Of a stretch of DNA of 32,000 nucleotides, positions 1-9,013 are shown piece by piece. The notes under the pieces were generated by a model that was given only the letters and a program-made list of their open reading frames with translations, was not told the origin of the DNA and ran no database searches. Made by a program: the position numbers and the translations under genes. Every line of letters begins with the position of its first letter. The first letter of the stretch is position 1. Source of the stretch: Sinorhizobium meliloti (GTDB lineage: Bacteria > Pseudomonadota > Alphaproteobacteria > Rhizobiales > Rhizobiaceae); assembly GCF_017876815.1 (NCBI RefSeq), contig NZ_JAGIOS010000003.1:960001-992000 (forward strand), given 5' to 3'.

Positions 1-11
1 CGCGCGCGAAT

Positions 12-863
12 GTGCGCAGCAAGAACACGAAAAGGGAGACGGGCGGCAAGGACGATGTGATTCTTTCCGTTCGCGACCTTGCGGTTGAATACGGCGACCG
101 CTCGCTGATCCCCGGCCGCAAGTCCTCCGTCTTCCGCGCGGTCAAGAGGGTTTCCTTCGAGGTTCGCCGCGGCGAGATCTTCGGACTCGTTGGGGAATCC
201 GGCTGCGGCAAGACCACCGTCGCCAACACCATCGCCGGTCTCGTCACTCAGAGCTCGGGCAGCATCGACTTCCAGGGCACGGCACTCGGGGCGAAACGTG
301 AAAAAACCGTCCGCAAGTCCTTGCAGATGGTGTTCCAAGATCCCTACTCGGCGCTCAATCCGCGCCTGCGCATCAACTCCGCCATCGCCGAGCCGATCCT
401 GTTTTACAAGCTAGCCTCCAATGCCGAGGAGGCCAGGCTGGATGCGAAGACGCTGCTCGAAGTCGTGGGTCTGCCCGCAGATGCCGGCAGCCGCTTCTCG
501 CATGCCTTCTCCGGCGGCCAGCGCCAGCGTATCGCCATCGCCCGCGCGCTTGGACCGCGCCCGTCGCTCCTCATCTGTGACGAGCCTACCTCGGCGCTCG
601 ACGTTTCAGTGCAGGCGCAGCTCCTCAACCTCCTGAAGGACCTGCGCGATCTCGCCGGCCTTTCCATGCTGTTCATCAGCCACGATCTCGCGGTGATCCG
701 CCAGATGTGCGACCGCATCGCGGTGATGAAATCGGGCGAGATTGTCGAGCTGGCCGATACCGAGACGCTGTTTACCGCCCCTCAGCACGATTACACGAAG
801 GAACTCCTGCGCCTCGCGCCCTCGCTCGACCGCATCCTGTCGCGGCAGAGCGCGGTACAATAG
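12..863 (+). CDS. ABC transporter ATP-binding protein, peptide/nickel (DppF/OppF-like) family; possibly 5'-truncated by the window edge
   Basis: ORF 12..863 has Walker A GESGCGKT, signature FSGGQRQR, Walker [13 protein letters not shown] and H-loop FISHDL. GTG start at 12, but the frame stays open back to position 1, so it may be the C-terminal half of a fused double ATPase. Confidence 0.85.
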   Translation: MRSKNTKRETGGKDDVILSVRDLAVEYGDRSLIPGRKSSVFRAVKRVSFEVRRGEIFGLVGESGCGKTTVANTIAGLVTQSSGSIDFQGTALGAKREKTVRKSLQMVFQDPYSALNPRLRINSAIAEPILFYKLASNAEEARLDAKTLLEVVGLPADAGSRFSHAFSGGQRQRIAIARALGPRPSLLICDEPTSALDVSVQAQLLNLLKDLRDLAGLSMLFISHDLAVIRQMCDRIAVMKSGEIVELADTETLFTAPQHDYTKELLRLAPSLDRILSRQSAVQ

Positions 864-1420
864 GCTGAGCGGACTTGGAAGAGCGAGGGGTGTGGCTGCC
901 CCCGCTGTGCTACAGAGTATTCCTGGAAGGGGAGATCGGCTCGGGTGTGTTGGCCCGCGCGAACAAGCCCTTTCGAGCGCGATCCCGCTTTCTCCCAATC
1001 GCATCCTCGCCGGGGCACGTGTTTTCCAACCGGCAGTCAAGCAAATCCCATGTTACCTGCCGTTGCACTGGCTCTCCGCCTAGCTAAACACCTGGGCCAG
1101 CGGTTTTGGCATACCGGAGCCGGTACGACCGGCAGCGATATCAGACAAGATGTATAGCAAGTGCTCACGCGCGATAACGCGAACGGAGCCGCGAACAATT
1201 CGACCAGTTCATCGCCCAATCAGGGCCAGCCGCGCATGACGACTATCTCGCAGTCAGCAACGCAGTAGAGAATTGTAGCAGTTTCACGAAAGGAACCTGA
1301 ACTGGGCAGTTGAACACGGACTGACCGGCACGGCAAGGCCACTTCGACGCGCCGCGGAATAGCGTCTCAAGCTTTCGGCAATTTGCGATGGAGCGTCGAT
1401 CGAAATGGCCGGAGTGCTTC

Positions 1421-1464
1421 ACGGACCGCTCACTGCAACGTCAGCGGTCCGTCGGCATTTTCTT
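1421..1464 (+). terminator. Terminator-like hairpin in a convergent intergenic region
   Basis: Perfect 10-bp stem ACGGACCGCT (1421-1430) / AGCGGTCCGT (1443-1452) with a 12-nt loop, followed on the plus strand by CGGCATTTTCTT. No U-tract in the minus orientation. Confidence 0.35.
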
Positions 1465-1486
1465 GGCACGGATGTCAGTGCGGTGC

Positions 1487-2641
1487 CTATTTCACGCCGA
1501 ATACAGCTTCGTCGCCGCTGAGCGATTCAAATCCGTTGGCGGTGAGCACGGAGGGCATGCTGGCGCCCACACAGCCGATGCCGTCCTGATAGAGCACCGG
1601 GCTGATGTGGAAGCACATGCCCTCTTCGAGGACGGCATCGTGATTGCGGCGGATCGCCATGACATTGTCTTCACCCCAGCCGGGAGGGAAGGTCCCACCG
1701 ATACTGTAGGCCGGACGGGTAACCATCCATTCGGCAAAGCCGCGCCGCTCGAAGACGCTTTCGAATATCCGCGCAGCCTCGTGAGAAGTCATGCCGGGGC
1801 GCACGTTCGCATAGCCTTCGTTCAGTGCCTCCTTACAGACTTCGAACATGGTGCGGACTCGTGCCGAGGGTTCGCCGATGGAGTAGAACCGGTAAACAGG
1901 TGTATGATAGTCGAAAACAGACCCTGCCGGCTCGATATTGATAAGATCGCCGCGGGAAATCGGCGCTCCGCACCAGGTAACGTGCGCACGCGCGGTGCGC
2001 GGACCTGCACACACATTGGGCATTTGCGCGACACGATGGCTACCGTTCGCAAGCAGACTATTCGTGACGACGGCTGCAAGCTCTGCGTCAGTCATCCCTT
2101 CGCGAAGAGCGGCAAACCCATCCCGGCACGATTGCGCGGCAATAAACCCGGCTTTGCGCAGGAGCGCGATTTCGGCCGGGCTTTTGACACGACGCAGGTG
2201 CTCGACGAGGCCGGAAGCATTGAGGACCGCGTCGTCCGTCGGTTTCACAAAGCCCCGCAAGGCTTGCTGCACATTACCATATTCCACGGCGACGACTGGC
2301 TTGCCGGGCGCAAGGTCTGCAATGGTGCGTGCAAGGACCGTAGCGTAGTCCTCCCCATCTCGCACACCAACGCCCTCGTCGACCCATATCTTACCCTTGA
2401 GCGCGCGAATGTTGCTAAGTTCGGTAAGGCGCATCACCCAAATGGCTCTCCCGTCCGCCCTTACGATTAGCGAGGTTGCACCATAAGCGAGCGATCCGAA
2501 GCCTGTCAGGTAGTACATATTGGACGTGGAATTGAGCACGCAGACATCGATGCCGCGCTCGGCCATGAGGGCACGCAGGGCATCGCGGCGGGCGAGGTAT
2601 TCTTCCGGCTGGAAGGGCAGACGATCGTAGTCGATGGACAT
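1487..2641 (-). CDS. Creatinase/prolidase-fold (peptidase M24 family) hydrolase
   Basis: ORF 1487..2806 trimmed to the ATG at 2641 (MSIDYDRLPFQPEEYLARRDALRALMAERGIDV...). N-terminal creatinase/prolidase-type domain plus M24 pita-bread region by eye. The upstream part of the tracked ORF crosses a terminator hairpin and looks non-coding. Confidence 0.75.
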   Translation of the reverse strand: MSIDYDRLPFQPEEYLARRDALRALMAERGIDVCVLNSTSNMYYLTGFGSLAYGATSLIVRADGRAIWVMRLTELSNIRALKGKIWVDEGVGVRDGEDYATVLARTIADLAPGKPVVAVEYGNVQQALRGFVKPTDDAVLNASGLVEHLRRVKSPAEIALLRKAGFIAAQSCRDGFAALREGMTDAELAAVVTNSLLANGSHRVAQMPNVCAGPRTARAHVTWCGAPISRGDLINIEPAGSVFDYHTPVYRFYSIGEPSARVRTMFEVCKEALNEGYANVRPGMTSHEAARIFESVFERRGFAEWMVTRPAYSIGGTFPPGWGEDNVMAIRRNHDAVLEEGMCFHISPVLYQDGIGCVGASMPSVLTANGFESLSGDEAVFGVK

Positions 2642-2659
2642 GATATTCACTCTGATGTC

Positions 2660-2701
2660 AAAATTGAAAAGGGTGGAGAGCGGCGACGGATACCGCTCTC
2701 C
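2660..2701 (-). terminator. Rho-independent terminator/attenuator between binding-protein gene and M24 gene
   Basis: 9-bp GC-rich stem GGAGAGCGG (2675-2683) / CCGCTCTCC (2693-2701) with a 9-nt loop. On the minus strand it is followed by ACCCTTTTCAATTTTG. Confidence 0.6.
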
Positions 2702-2712
2702 GCGTTGAAACC

Positions 2713-4308
2713 TCAATCGCTCTTCTTGAGGTTCCAGAAGACGGGTACGTCCTGCGTCACAAGAACGTCGGATACTTTGTCGGAGAAGGCGACGAATGTA
2801 TTCCACTGGCCGAGCGGGATGTGGTGGCCGGTTTCGAAAGCGCGGGTGGAATATTCAGCGGCGACCGCCTTGCGGGCCGCCTCGCCATCGGCAAGGGCGA
2901 ATTTCAGGCGCATATCCTCAAGCGCCTGGTCGCAGGGCCAGCCGAAGATACCTTTGTCGCAGGCCGCCGAGAAGGTGATGCTCCAGACCGGGTTGGAGAC
3001 GACCTGGCCGCCGACATAGGAGTGCAGCAGGTTCCAGCCGCCCTTGTCTGCCGGCTCCTTGGAGTTGCGGCGCTTCAGAACCGTCGCCCAGTCCATGGCC
3101 TGCACGTCGACATTGAGGCCGATGTCGCGCAGCGCCTGCACCGTCACCACGGTTTCCGGATGTACGATGCTCTCGTCGGTCGGGTCGAGAATGACGATGG
3201 GTTTCGAAAAATCCCAGCCGGATTCCTCGAACAGCGCCTTGGCCTTCTCCGGATCGGGCTTCTTCAAAGCGTCGAGGCCGGCATCGGTCTCCATCGGCGT
3301 GCCGCAGATGAAGAAGGAGGCGCAGGTGCGGAAATATTCGAGATTGCCGTTGACGGCCTGGAGGTAGGCCTGCTGGTTCGTCAGGTAGAACATCGCCTGG
3401 CGCGCCTTGGCATTGTCGAAGGGCGGCTGGGTGTGATTGAAGAACAGCGTGCCCTGCGTGCCGGTCTCGTTGACGACCTTGGTCTTCAGGTTGCCGGCCG
3501 CCTCGATGACCGGAAGCAGGTCGAGCGACGGGTTCTGCCAGAAGTCGATCTCGCCGCTCATCAACGCCGAAAGCGCGGTCTGCTGGTCCTTGATGATGTT
3601 CCATTCGACCACGTCGAACTGAGCCACCTTGCCGCCCGCAAAGGCGCTTGCCGGCTCGGAGCGCGGCACGTAGTCGGCGAATTTTTCGTAAACCACCTTG
3701 CTGCCGGGCACCCACTTGTCCTTGGCGAACTTGTAGGGGCCGGAGCCGGTATAGTCGGTGATCTCCTTGTAAGCGTCCGTCTCGGCGACGCGCTTGGGCA
3801 TCATGAACGGGATGTTCGAGGCGACCTTGCTCAGCGATTCCAGCACGATGCCGTAGGGCTCGTTGAACTCCAGCTCGAAGGTCTTGTCGTCGACGACGCG
3901 CATCTCCTTCAACTGCCGCGCCATCAACTGGCCGGCGGCATCGCGCTGCTGCCAGCGCTTCAGCGAGGCCACGCAGTCCTCCGCCTTGACCGGCTGGCTG
4001 TCATGCCATTTCAGGCCGTCGCGCAGGGTGAAGCGATAGGTCTTCTTGTCTTCCGACAAGGTCATGTCCTGGACCATCTGCGGCTGTGGCTTGAAGTGCT
4101 CGTCGAGCGCATAGAGCGTGTCGTAGATCATGAAGCCGTGCATCTTCACGAGGTCGGCGGTCGCGCCCATCGGGTCGAGCACCTGGAGGTCGGCGCTCGG
4201 CACCACCTTCAGCGTAGTCTCGGCAAGCGCTGCGCCCATGCCTGCGAAAAGGACGGCCGAGGCTAGCAGGGCCCGGCAGGATGTTTTCACATGGTTGAAC
4301 ATTGTCAT
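2713..4308 (-). CDS. ABC transporter substrate-binding protein, peptide/nickel (family 5, DppA/OppA-like)
   Basis: 531-aa ORF with an N-terminal signal peptide (LLASAVLFAGMGAALAETTLKVV). Length and composition are typical of family-5 binding proteins. It sits in an operon with DppBC-like permeases and a DppDF-like ATPase. Confidence 0.85.
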   Translation of the reverse strand: MTMFNHVKTSCRALLASAVLFAGMGAALAETTLKVVPSADLQVLDPMGATADLVKMHGFMIYDTLYALDEHFKPQPQMVQDMTLSEDKKTYRFTLRDGLKWHDSQPVKAEDCVASLKRWQQRDAAGQLMARQLKEMRVVDDKTFELEFNEPYGIVLESLSKVASNIPFMMPKRVAETDAYKEITDYTGSGPYKFAKDKWVPGSKVVYEKFADYVPRSEPASAFAGGKVAQFDVVEWNIIKDQQTALSALMSGEIDFWQNPSLDLLPVIEAAGNLKTKVVNETGTQGTLFFNHTQPPFDNAKARQAMFYLTNQQAYLQAVNGNLEYFRTCASFFICGTPMETDAGLDALKKPDPEKAKALFEESGWDFSKPIVILDPTDESIVHPETVVTVQALRDIGLNVDVQAMDWATVLKRRNSKEPADKGGWNLLHSYVGGQVVSNPVWSITFSAACDKGIFGWPCDQALEDMRLKFALADGEAARKAVAAEYSTRAFETGHHIPLGQWNTFVAFSDKVSDVLVTQDVPVFWNLKKSD

Positions 4309-4332
4309 TCCCCTTTTTGTTGAAGCGTGTCG

Positions 4333-5943
4333 TCAGGCCGGAACCATCTCATCCGCCCTGCCGGGTATCGATGCGAGAAGCTCGCGTGTATAGGGATGGG
4401 CGGGGGCGGCGAAGACGGAGGCCACCGTGCCCTCCTCGACGACCTCGCCGCGATGCATGACGATCAGCCGGTCGCAGATCTGCGCGGCGACGCGCAGGTC
4501 ATGGGTGATGAAGAGGATCGCCAGGTCGAACCGCTTCTGGATGTCGTCGATGAGGCGCAGCACCTGCGCCTGCACCGAAACGTCGAGCGCCGAGACGGCC
4601 TCGTCCGCAACGAGGATATCCGGCTCCATGGCGAGCGCCCGGGCAATCGAGATGCGCTGGCGCTGGCCGCCGGAGAACTGGTGCGGAAAACGGTCGATCG
4701 CGTGCGGCTCCAGCCCGACGAGCTGCATCAGCTCCTTGGCGCGCTCCGTCGCCTCCGCCTTGCCCTGGCCGAAATTCATCGGTCCCTCGACGATCGACTG
4801 GCCGACCGTGCGCCGCGGGTTGAGCGAGCGGTACGGGTCCTGGAAAACCATCTGCAGGCGCTGGCGGAAGGCCCGGCCGTCCTTGCCGGCCGCCAGCGTC
4901 ACCTTGCCGGAGGAGGGCTCGATCAGCTCCGTGATGCAGCGGGCGAGCGTCGACTTGCCCGAGCCGGATTCGCCGATGATGCCGAGCGTCTCACCGCGGC
5001 GCACGGTGAGCGACGCCCCTTGCAGGGCGTGCACCGTACGCTTGTCGCGGAAGAGGCCGCCGCTGTGGTAGGTTTTTGCGAGCCCCTCCACGGTGATCGC
5101 GACATCGCCGGTGACGACATGGTTCTTTCGCTTCGGCTCGAGCGTCGGCACGGCGGCGATCAGCATGCGGGTATAGTCGGTTTCCGGCGCGTCGAGCACC
5201 TTGGCCGCCAGCCCCTGTTCCATCACCTTGCCGCCCTTCATGACGACCACGCGGTCGGCGATCTCCCGCACCACGCCGATATCGTGGGTGATGAACAGCA
5301 CGCCCATGCCGCGCTCGCGTTGCAGGTCGCGGATCTGCTTGAGGATCTGCGCCTGCGTCGTGACGTCGAGCGCCGTCGTCGGCTCGTCGGCGATCAGCAG
5401 CTTCGGGCCGAGGATGAGGGCGGCGGCGATCAGCACGCGCTGGCGCTGTCCGCCGGAAAGCTGGTGCGGGAAGGCATGGTACATCCGCTCGGGATCGGGC
5501 AGGCGCACCTCCTTCATGGCGTCGATGACGCGGGCGAAGCGGTCGCTGCGCGAGAGCTTCAGGTGGGTGCGCAACACCTCGTCGATCTGCTTGCCGACCG
5601 CGTGCACTGGATTGAGGGCCGTCATCGGCTCCTGAAAGATCATGCCGATGCCGCGGCCGCGCAGGTCCCGCATTTCCGCCGGCGTCGCCTTGGTGATGTC
5701 GCGGCCCTCGAAGAGGATGCGACCTTCCGGCTTCGGGAAGACCTTTGGCAGGAGGCCCATGATGGACTGGGCCGTGACGGACTTTCCGGAGCCGGATTCG
5801 CCGACAACGCAGACGATCTCGCCGGCGGCAACCGAGAGGGAGATGTGGTCGACGGCAAAGCCGCGGTCGCCGTCGCCGGGTAGCGCAATGGCGAGGTTCT
5901 CGACCTCGATGACGGGCGGATTGTTCATCAGCATCACCTTCAC
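4333..5943 (-). CDS. Fused double ABC ATP-binding protein (DppD-DppF-like)
   Basis: Two complete nucleotide-binding domains: Walker A GESGSGKS twice, signatures LSGGQRQR and FSGGQRQR, Walker B IADEPTTALD and VADEAVSALD. GTG at 5943 overlaps the permease stop (GTGA). Alternative ATGs at 5934 and 5928. Confidence 0.9.
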   Translation of the reverse strand: MKVMLMNNPPVIEVENLAIALPGDGDRGFAVDHISLSVAAGEIVCVVGESGSGKSVTAQSIMGLLPKVFPKPEGRILFEGRDITKATPAEMRDLRGRGIGMIFQEPMTALNPVHAVGKQIDEVLRTHLKLSRSDRFARVIDAMKEVRLPDPERMYHAFPHQLSGGQRQRVLIAAALILGPKLLIADEPTTALDVTTQAQILKQIRDLQRERGMGVLFITHDIGVVREIADRVVVMKGGKVMEQGLAAKVLDAPETDYTRMLIAAVPTLEPKRKNHVVTGDVAITVEGLAKTYHSGGLFRDKRTVHALQGASLTVRRGETLGIIGESGSGKSTLARCITELIEPSSGKVTLAAGKDGRAFRQRLQMVFQDPYRSLNPRRTVGQSIVEGPMNFGQGKAEATERAKELMQLVGLEPHAIDRFPHQFSGGQRQRISIARALAMEPDILVADEAVSALDVSVQAQVLRLIDDIQKRFDLAILFITHDLRVAAQICDRLIVMHRGEVVEEGTVASVFAAPAHPYTRELLASIPGRADEMVPA

Positions 5944-6803
5944 ATCCGTTTTGCAATCCGGGGGTCGAGCGTGTCGCGCAGGCCGTCCCCGAGCAGGTTG
6001 ATGCCGAGCACCGTCAGCGCCAGGAAAAGGCTCGGCAGGAAGACCAGCCTTGGGGCGACCTGGAAGAAGGTGCGCCCTTCCGAGATCATATTGCCCCAGC
6101 TCGGGATTTCCGGCGGAAGACCGGTGCCGAGGAAGCTGAGGCCCGCCTCGATGAGGATGGCGGAAGCGCAGATATAGGTGCCGAGCACCATCAGCGGCGC
6201 ATAGGTGCTGGGCAGGATGTGCCGGATGAGGATTTTCGGCGTCGACGTGCCGACGGAGATCGCCGCCTCGACGAAGGATTCTTCGCGCACCGTCAGCACG
6301 ACGCTGCGCACGAGCCGCACGACGCGCGGGATTTCCGGAATGGTGAGCGCGACGACGACGGTGGCGACGCTGGCGCGGGTGAGCGAGACGAGCGCGATGG
6401 CGAGCAGGAAGGTGGGGATCGCCATCAGCCCGTCCATGATCCGCATGACGATGGCATCGACCCAGCGGAAATAGCCGGTGACGAGGCCGATCGCGACGCC
6501 GACGAGAAGCGCAGCGGCGGCGACGAACAGGCCGATGAGGATCGAGCTGCGCGCGCCGTAGACGGCGCGGCTGTAGACGTCACGGCCGAAAAGGTCCGTG
6601 CCGAACCAGGCGAGCTCCGACGGCGGCTTCAGCCGCATGGCGGGTTCGATGCGGCTCGGGTCGATCGTCCCGAGCAGCGGTGCGGCCAACGCCATAAGGG
6701 CGACGGAAAGGATCAGCAGCCCGCCGACGAGGACGGACGGGTGGGTGAGAAAGGCCGGCAGGCGGCGCTTGGCGGCCGCCGAGGGGGAAACAAGGCTGTT
6801 CAT
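5940..6803 (-). CDS. ABC transporter permease (DppC/OppC-like)
   Basis: Start taken at the ATG at 6803 (MNSLVSPSAAAKRRLPAFLTHPSVLVGGLLIL...), which overlaps the stop of the upstream permease (TGATG). Multi-TM sequence with the binding-protein-dependent transport motif region (EAAISVGTSTPKILIRHILP). The 609-aa tracked ORF is an artefactual upstream extension. Confidence 0.85.
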   Translation of the reverse strand: MNSLVSPSAAAKRRLPAFLTHPSVLVGGLLILSVALMALAAPLLGTIDPSRIEPAMRLKPPSELAWFGTDLFGRDVYSRAVYGARSSILIGLFVAAAALLVGVAIGLVTGYFRWVDAIVMRIMDGLMAIPTFLLAIALVSLTRASVATVVVALTIPEIPRVVRLVRSVVLTVREESFVEAAISVGTSTPKILIRHILPSTYAPLMVLGTYICASAILIEAGLSFLGTGLPPEIPSWGNMISEGRTFFQVAPRLVFLPSLFLALTVLGINLLGDGLRDTLDPRIAKRM

Positions 6804-7744
6804 CAGTAGCGCACCCTTGGATCGAGGAAGGCATAGCCGATATCGATCGCCAGATTGACGAAGACATAGACGCCGGAGAACATGAGGATGACGCCCTGGA
6901 TGACCGGATAGTCGCGCTTGAGGATCGCATCGACCACGAGGCGTCCGACGCCGGGGATGTTGAAGACGGTCTCGATCACCACAACGCCGCTGATCAGCAG
7001 CGCCACGCCGATGCCGATGACCGTGAGGATCGGGATGGCGGCATTGCGCAGCGCATGGCGGGTGACGACGAGGCGTTCCTTGACGCCCTTGGCACGGGCG
7101 GTGCGGATGAAGTCTTCCCCCATCATCTCCAGCACGCTGGCGCGGGTGATGCGGGCGATCAGCACGAGATAGGCAAGGCCCAGCGTCACCGTCGGCAGCG
7201 CAATGGAGGAGAAGAACGGGCCGATGCCCTCGCGGATGCTGGCAAAACCCTGCACCGGCAGTATGCGCATCTGCAACGAGAAGACATAGATCAGGCAATA
7301 GCCGAGCACGAAGACGGGCACGGAAAAGCCGAGCACGGAGACGAGCATCAGCGCCCGGTCGAGCCAGCTTCCGGCCGTCGCGCCGGCCAGCGTGCCGAGC
7401 GGCACGGCAATTACGATGGCGAAGACCAGCGTCGTCAGCGCCAGCGAGGCCGTCGGCTCCAGCCGTTGAAGGATGAGATCGCTGACCGGAATATTGGAAA
7501 AGATCGAGATGCCGAGGTCGCCTTGCAGCAGCGCGCCGGCCCAGATGAAGAACTGTGTGATGAGCGGCTGGTCGAGGCCAAGCGAGGTGCGGATGCGCTC
7601 GATAGATGCCGCATCGGCATTGTCGCCGGCGATGACCACCGCCGGATCGCCGGGACTCAGCCGCAACAGCAGAAAGACCACGATGGAAACGACGAGGATG
7701 ACGGGAATGAGGCCCAGTAACCTCTTTGCCACAAAGGAAAGCAT
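6803..7744 (-). CDS. ABC transporter permease (DppB/OppB-like)
   Basis: Start taken at the ATG at 7744 (MLSFVAKRLLGLIPVILVVSIVVFLLLRLSPGDP...), preceded by GGGAGGAG. Typical DppB N-terminus and C-terminal LDPRVRY. Confidence 0.88.
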   Translation of the reverse strand: MLSFVAKRLLGLIPVILVVSIVVFLLLRLSPGDPAVVIAGDNADAASIERIRTSLGLDQPLITQFFIWAGALLQGDLGISIFSNIPVSDLILQRLEPTASLALTTLVFAIVIAVPLGTLAGATAGSWLDRALMLVSVLGFSVPVFVLGYCLIYVFSLQMRILPVQGFASIREGIGPFFSSIALPTVTLGLAYLVLIARITRASVLEMMGEDFIRTARAKGVKERLVVTRHALRNAAIPILTVIGIGVALLISGVVVIETVFNIPGVGRLVVDAILKRDYPVIQGVILMFSGVYVFVNLAIDIGYAFLDPRVRY

Positions 7745-7761
7745 CAACTCCTCCCGAGTAG

Positions 7762-7806
7762 ATATGCAATTATTGTACGCAATTTTGTATACATATTGCA
7801 TACAAT
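7762..7806. promoter_or_regulatory. AT-rich nested-palindrome operator candidate
   Basis: ATTGTACGCAAT (7772-7783) and ATTGCATACAAT (7795-7806) are reverse complements of each other apart from one base. They flank the perfect palindrome TGTATACA (7786-7793), overlap the putative -10, and end about 18 nt from the DppB-like start. Confidence 0.45.
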
Positions 7807-7821
7807 AGGTGGGAGGTAAAG
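7793..7821 (-). promoter_or_regulatory. Candidate housekeeping-sigma promoter of the peptide ABC operon
   Basis: The minus strand reads CTTTAC (7821-7816)-N17-CAATAT (7798-7793). Each hexamer is one mismatch from the rhizobial consensus CTTGAC-N17-CTATAT. Confidence 0.4.
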
Positions 7822-8952
7822 GCATTTTCTTTCCGCGGCACAACGGCTGCTACGCCCAAAAGCGCCAAGCAGACCACAGCGTAAAACCGCTGAGAGAAAT
7901 CATGTCCATCGCATAGATGTTTGCCAACGGTGCGTTTACGGAGAAACCATCCGCCGACCGCTATGCCGCAACGACGCAGGGCAAAGGTGAGAAAATTGTC
8001 CACATTGTTAGCCGATTGGGACGGCACAGCCGAACGATTCGGCTCGGTGCCTGTCGCGCGAGACGAATTCTCGGAGAGGCATACGCCCGCAGCACGGAAT
8101 AGGAAGCAATTCGAGCGCTCGGGGTCAAAGCATATATACGCTCCGCGGACCGATGTGCGAACGGGACATCCAGGGCGCCCCTTTATCATCCCATGCAGCC
8201 GGGCCCCCCGGCGTATTACACGGGTTCATTCGCACTCGGCCTTCCGACCGAGAGCATTTTCTAAACCTCAGGATCTATGTCGAACTCCGCGAGATTGCAG
8301 GCTCCTGCGGCTCTTTCCAGCGCCGTGCCATGCCTGCGAGCTTAGTAACAGTACGGCACCGAGCGCGGCAGCTTGCACACCGGCATCATCAGGTTCCGAA
8401 AAGCCGCGTGCAAATGCCGAGTACGGCCCATGTGATTCAACGGGGTTGCCAACAACGCCGGGCGAGCGTCTTACCTAGGAGAAACGTCTCGGCGACAAAT
8501 TTCACGCCATGGCCAAGCGGACTGTTGGCTTACCATTCCATTTTCGTTCGCATACCCGCTATAGCGGCATCATGTCTAACGGCGAGTGAACCACACAAAT
8601 TGAGGAAGACCCTCTTTAAATGCAAAACCTGGCTGAAACAGCCGCATTCTCACATTTATCTGCCAAGCGACACCCGCCTTCCCAACGATTCGGGCGGCGC
8701 GCGTCGCGGTCGAACATTCGGAACATCTGGCGCCGGTCGGCGACGCCTTGGAAAACCTTGCGGATGGGAGAGAGGGCAGGCTCGTCGGGCTGGAGCGCGG
8801 CTCCCCGCCTCGGGGAACGCCATCTTCGCCTCGTCAGCCCTCGTGACCCCTCCTCCGCGGCCGCCTCTTCATCCGGCCGGGTCAAGGGCCGCGGCACGCG
8901 GGCGAAGCCGGATTTTCCTTCGGTCTTCTTTCGTTTCCTCCTCCCTTCCTTC

Positions 8953-9002
8953 CTTGCGCTGCTTCACTCCAATTGCTATCATTGCTCTCATTGAGAACAA
9001 TG
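8953..9002 (+). promoter_or_regulatory. Candidate vapBC promoter and operator
   Basis: CTTGCG (8953-8958)-N17-CTATCA (8976-8981). ATTG half-sites recur with 9-bp period at 8972, 8981 and 8990. Inverted repeat CATTG (8989-8993)-N4-CAATG (8998-9002) sits next to the GGAG ribosome-binding site. Confidence 0.35.
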
Positions 9003-9013
9003 GAGCCATACCG

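Noticed and set aside
1037-1219. 60-aa minus-strand ORF (MGDELVELFAAPFALSR...)
   Set aside because: Third-position GC is only about 57% by my count. It has no SD and no recognisable motif, so it is treated as non-coding.
4327-5883. 518-aa plus-strand ORF, with similar long ORFs at 1388..2470, 2821..4266, 7055..7720, 14286..15422, 17269..17832, 21268..21999, 22306..23091, 23122..24285, 24017..25042, 25112..26032, 26841..27485 and 27412..28140
   Set aside because: Each lies antisense to a gene with clear family motifs. Their products are Arg/Gly/Asp/His-rich low-complexity strings typical of stop-poor antisense frames in high-GC DNA, and none has a recognisable motif.
5940-7769. 609-aa minus-strand ORF suggesting a giant fused permease
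   Set aside because: Its N-terminal 320 aa are read in an alternative frame across the DppB-like gene and are Arg/Pro/His-rich. The true permease starts at the ATG at 6803, which overlaps the DppB-like stop.
7770-8189. 139-aa minus-strand ORF upstream of the peptide ABC operon, considered as a possible regulator
   Set aside because: It has no HTH or other motif and is Cys/Arg-rich. It also overlaps the AT-rich promoter/operator region.
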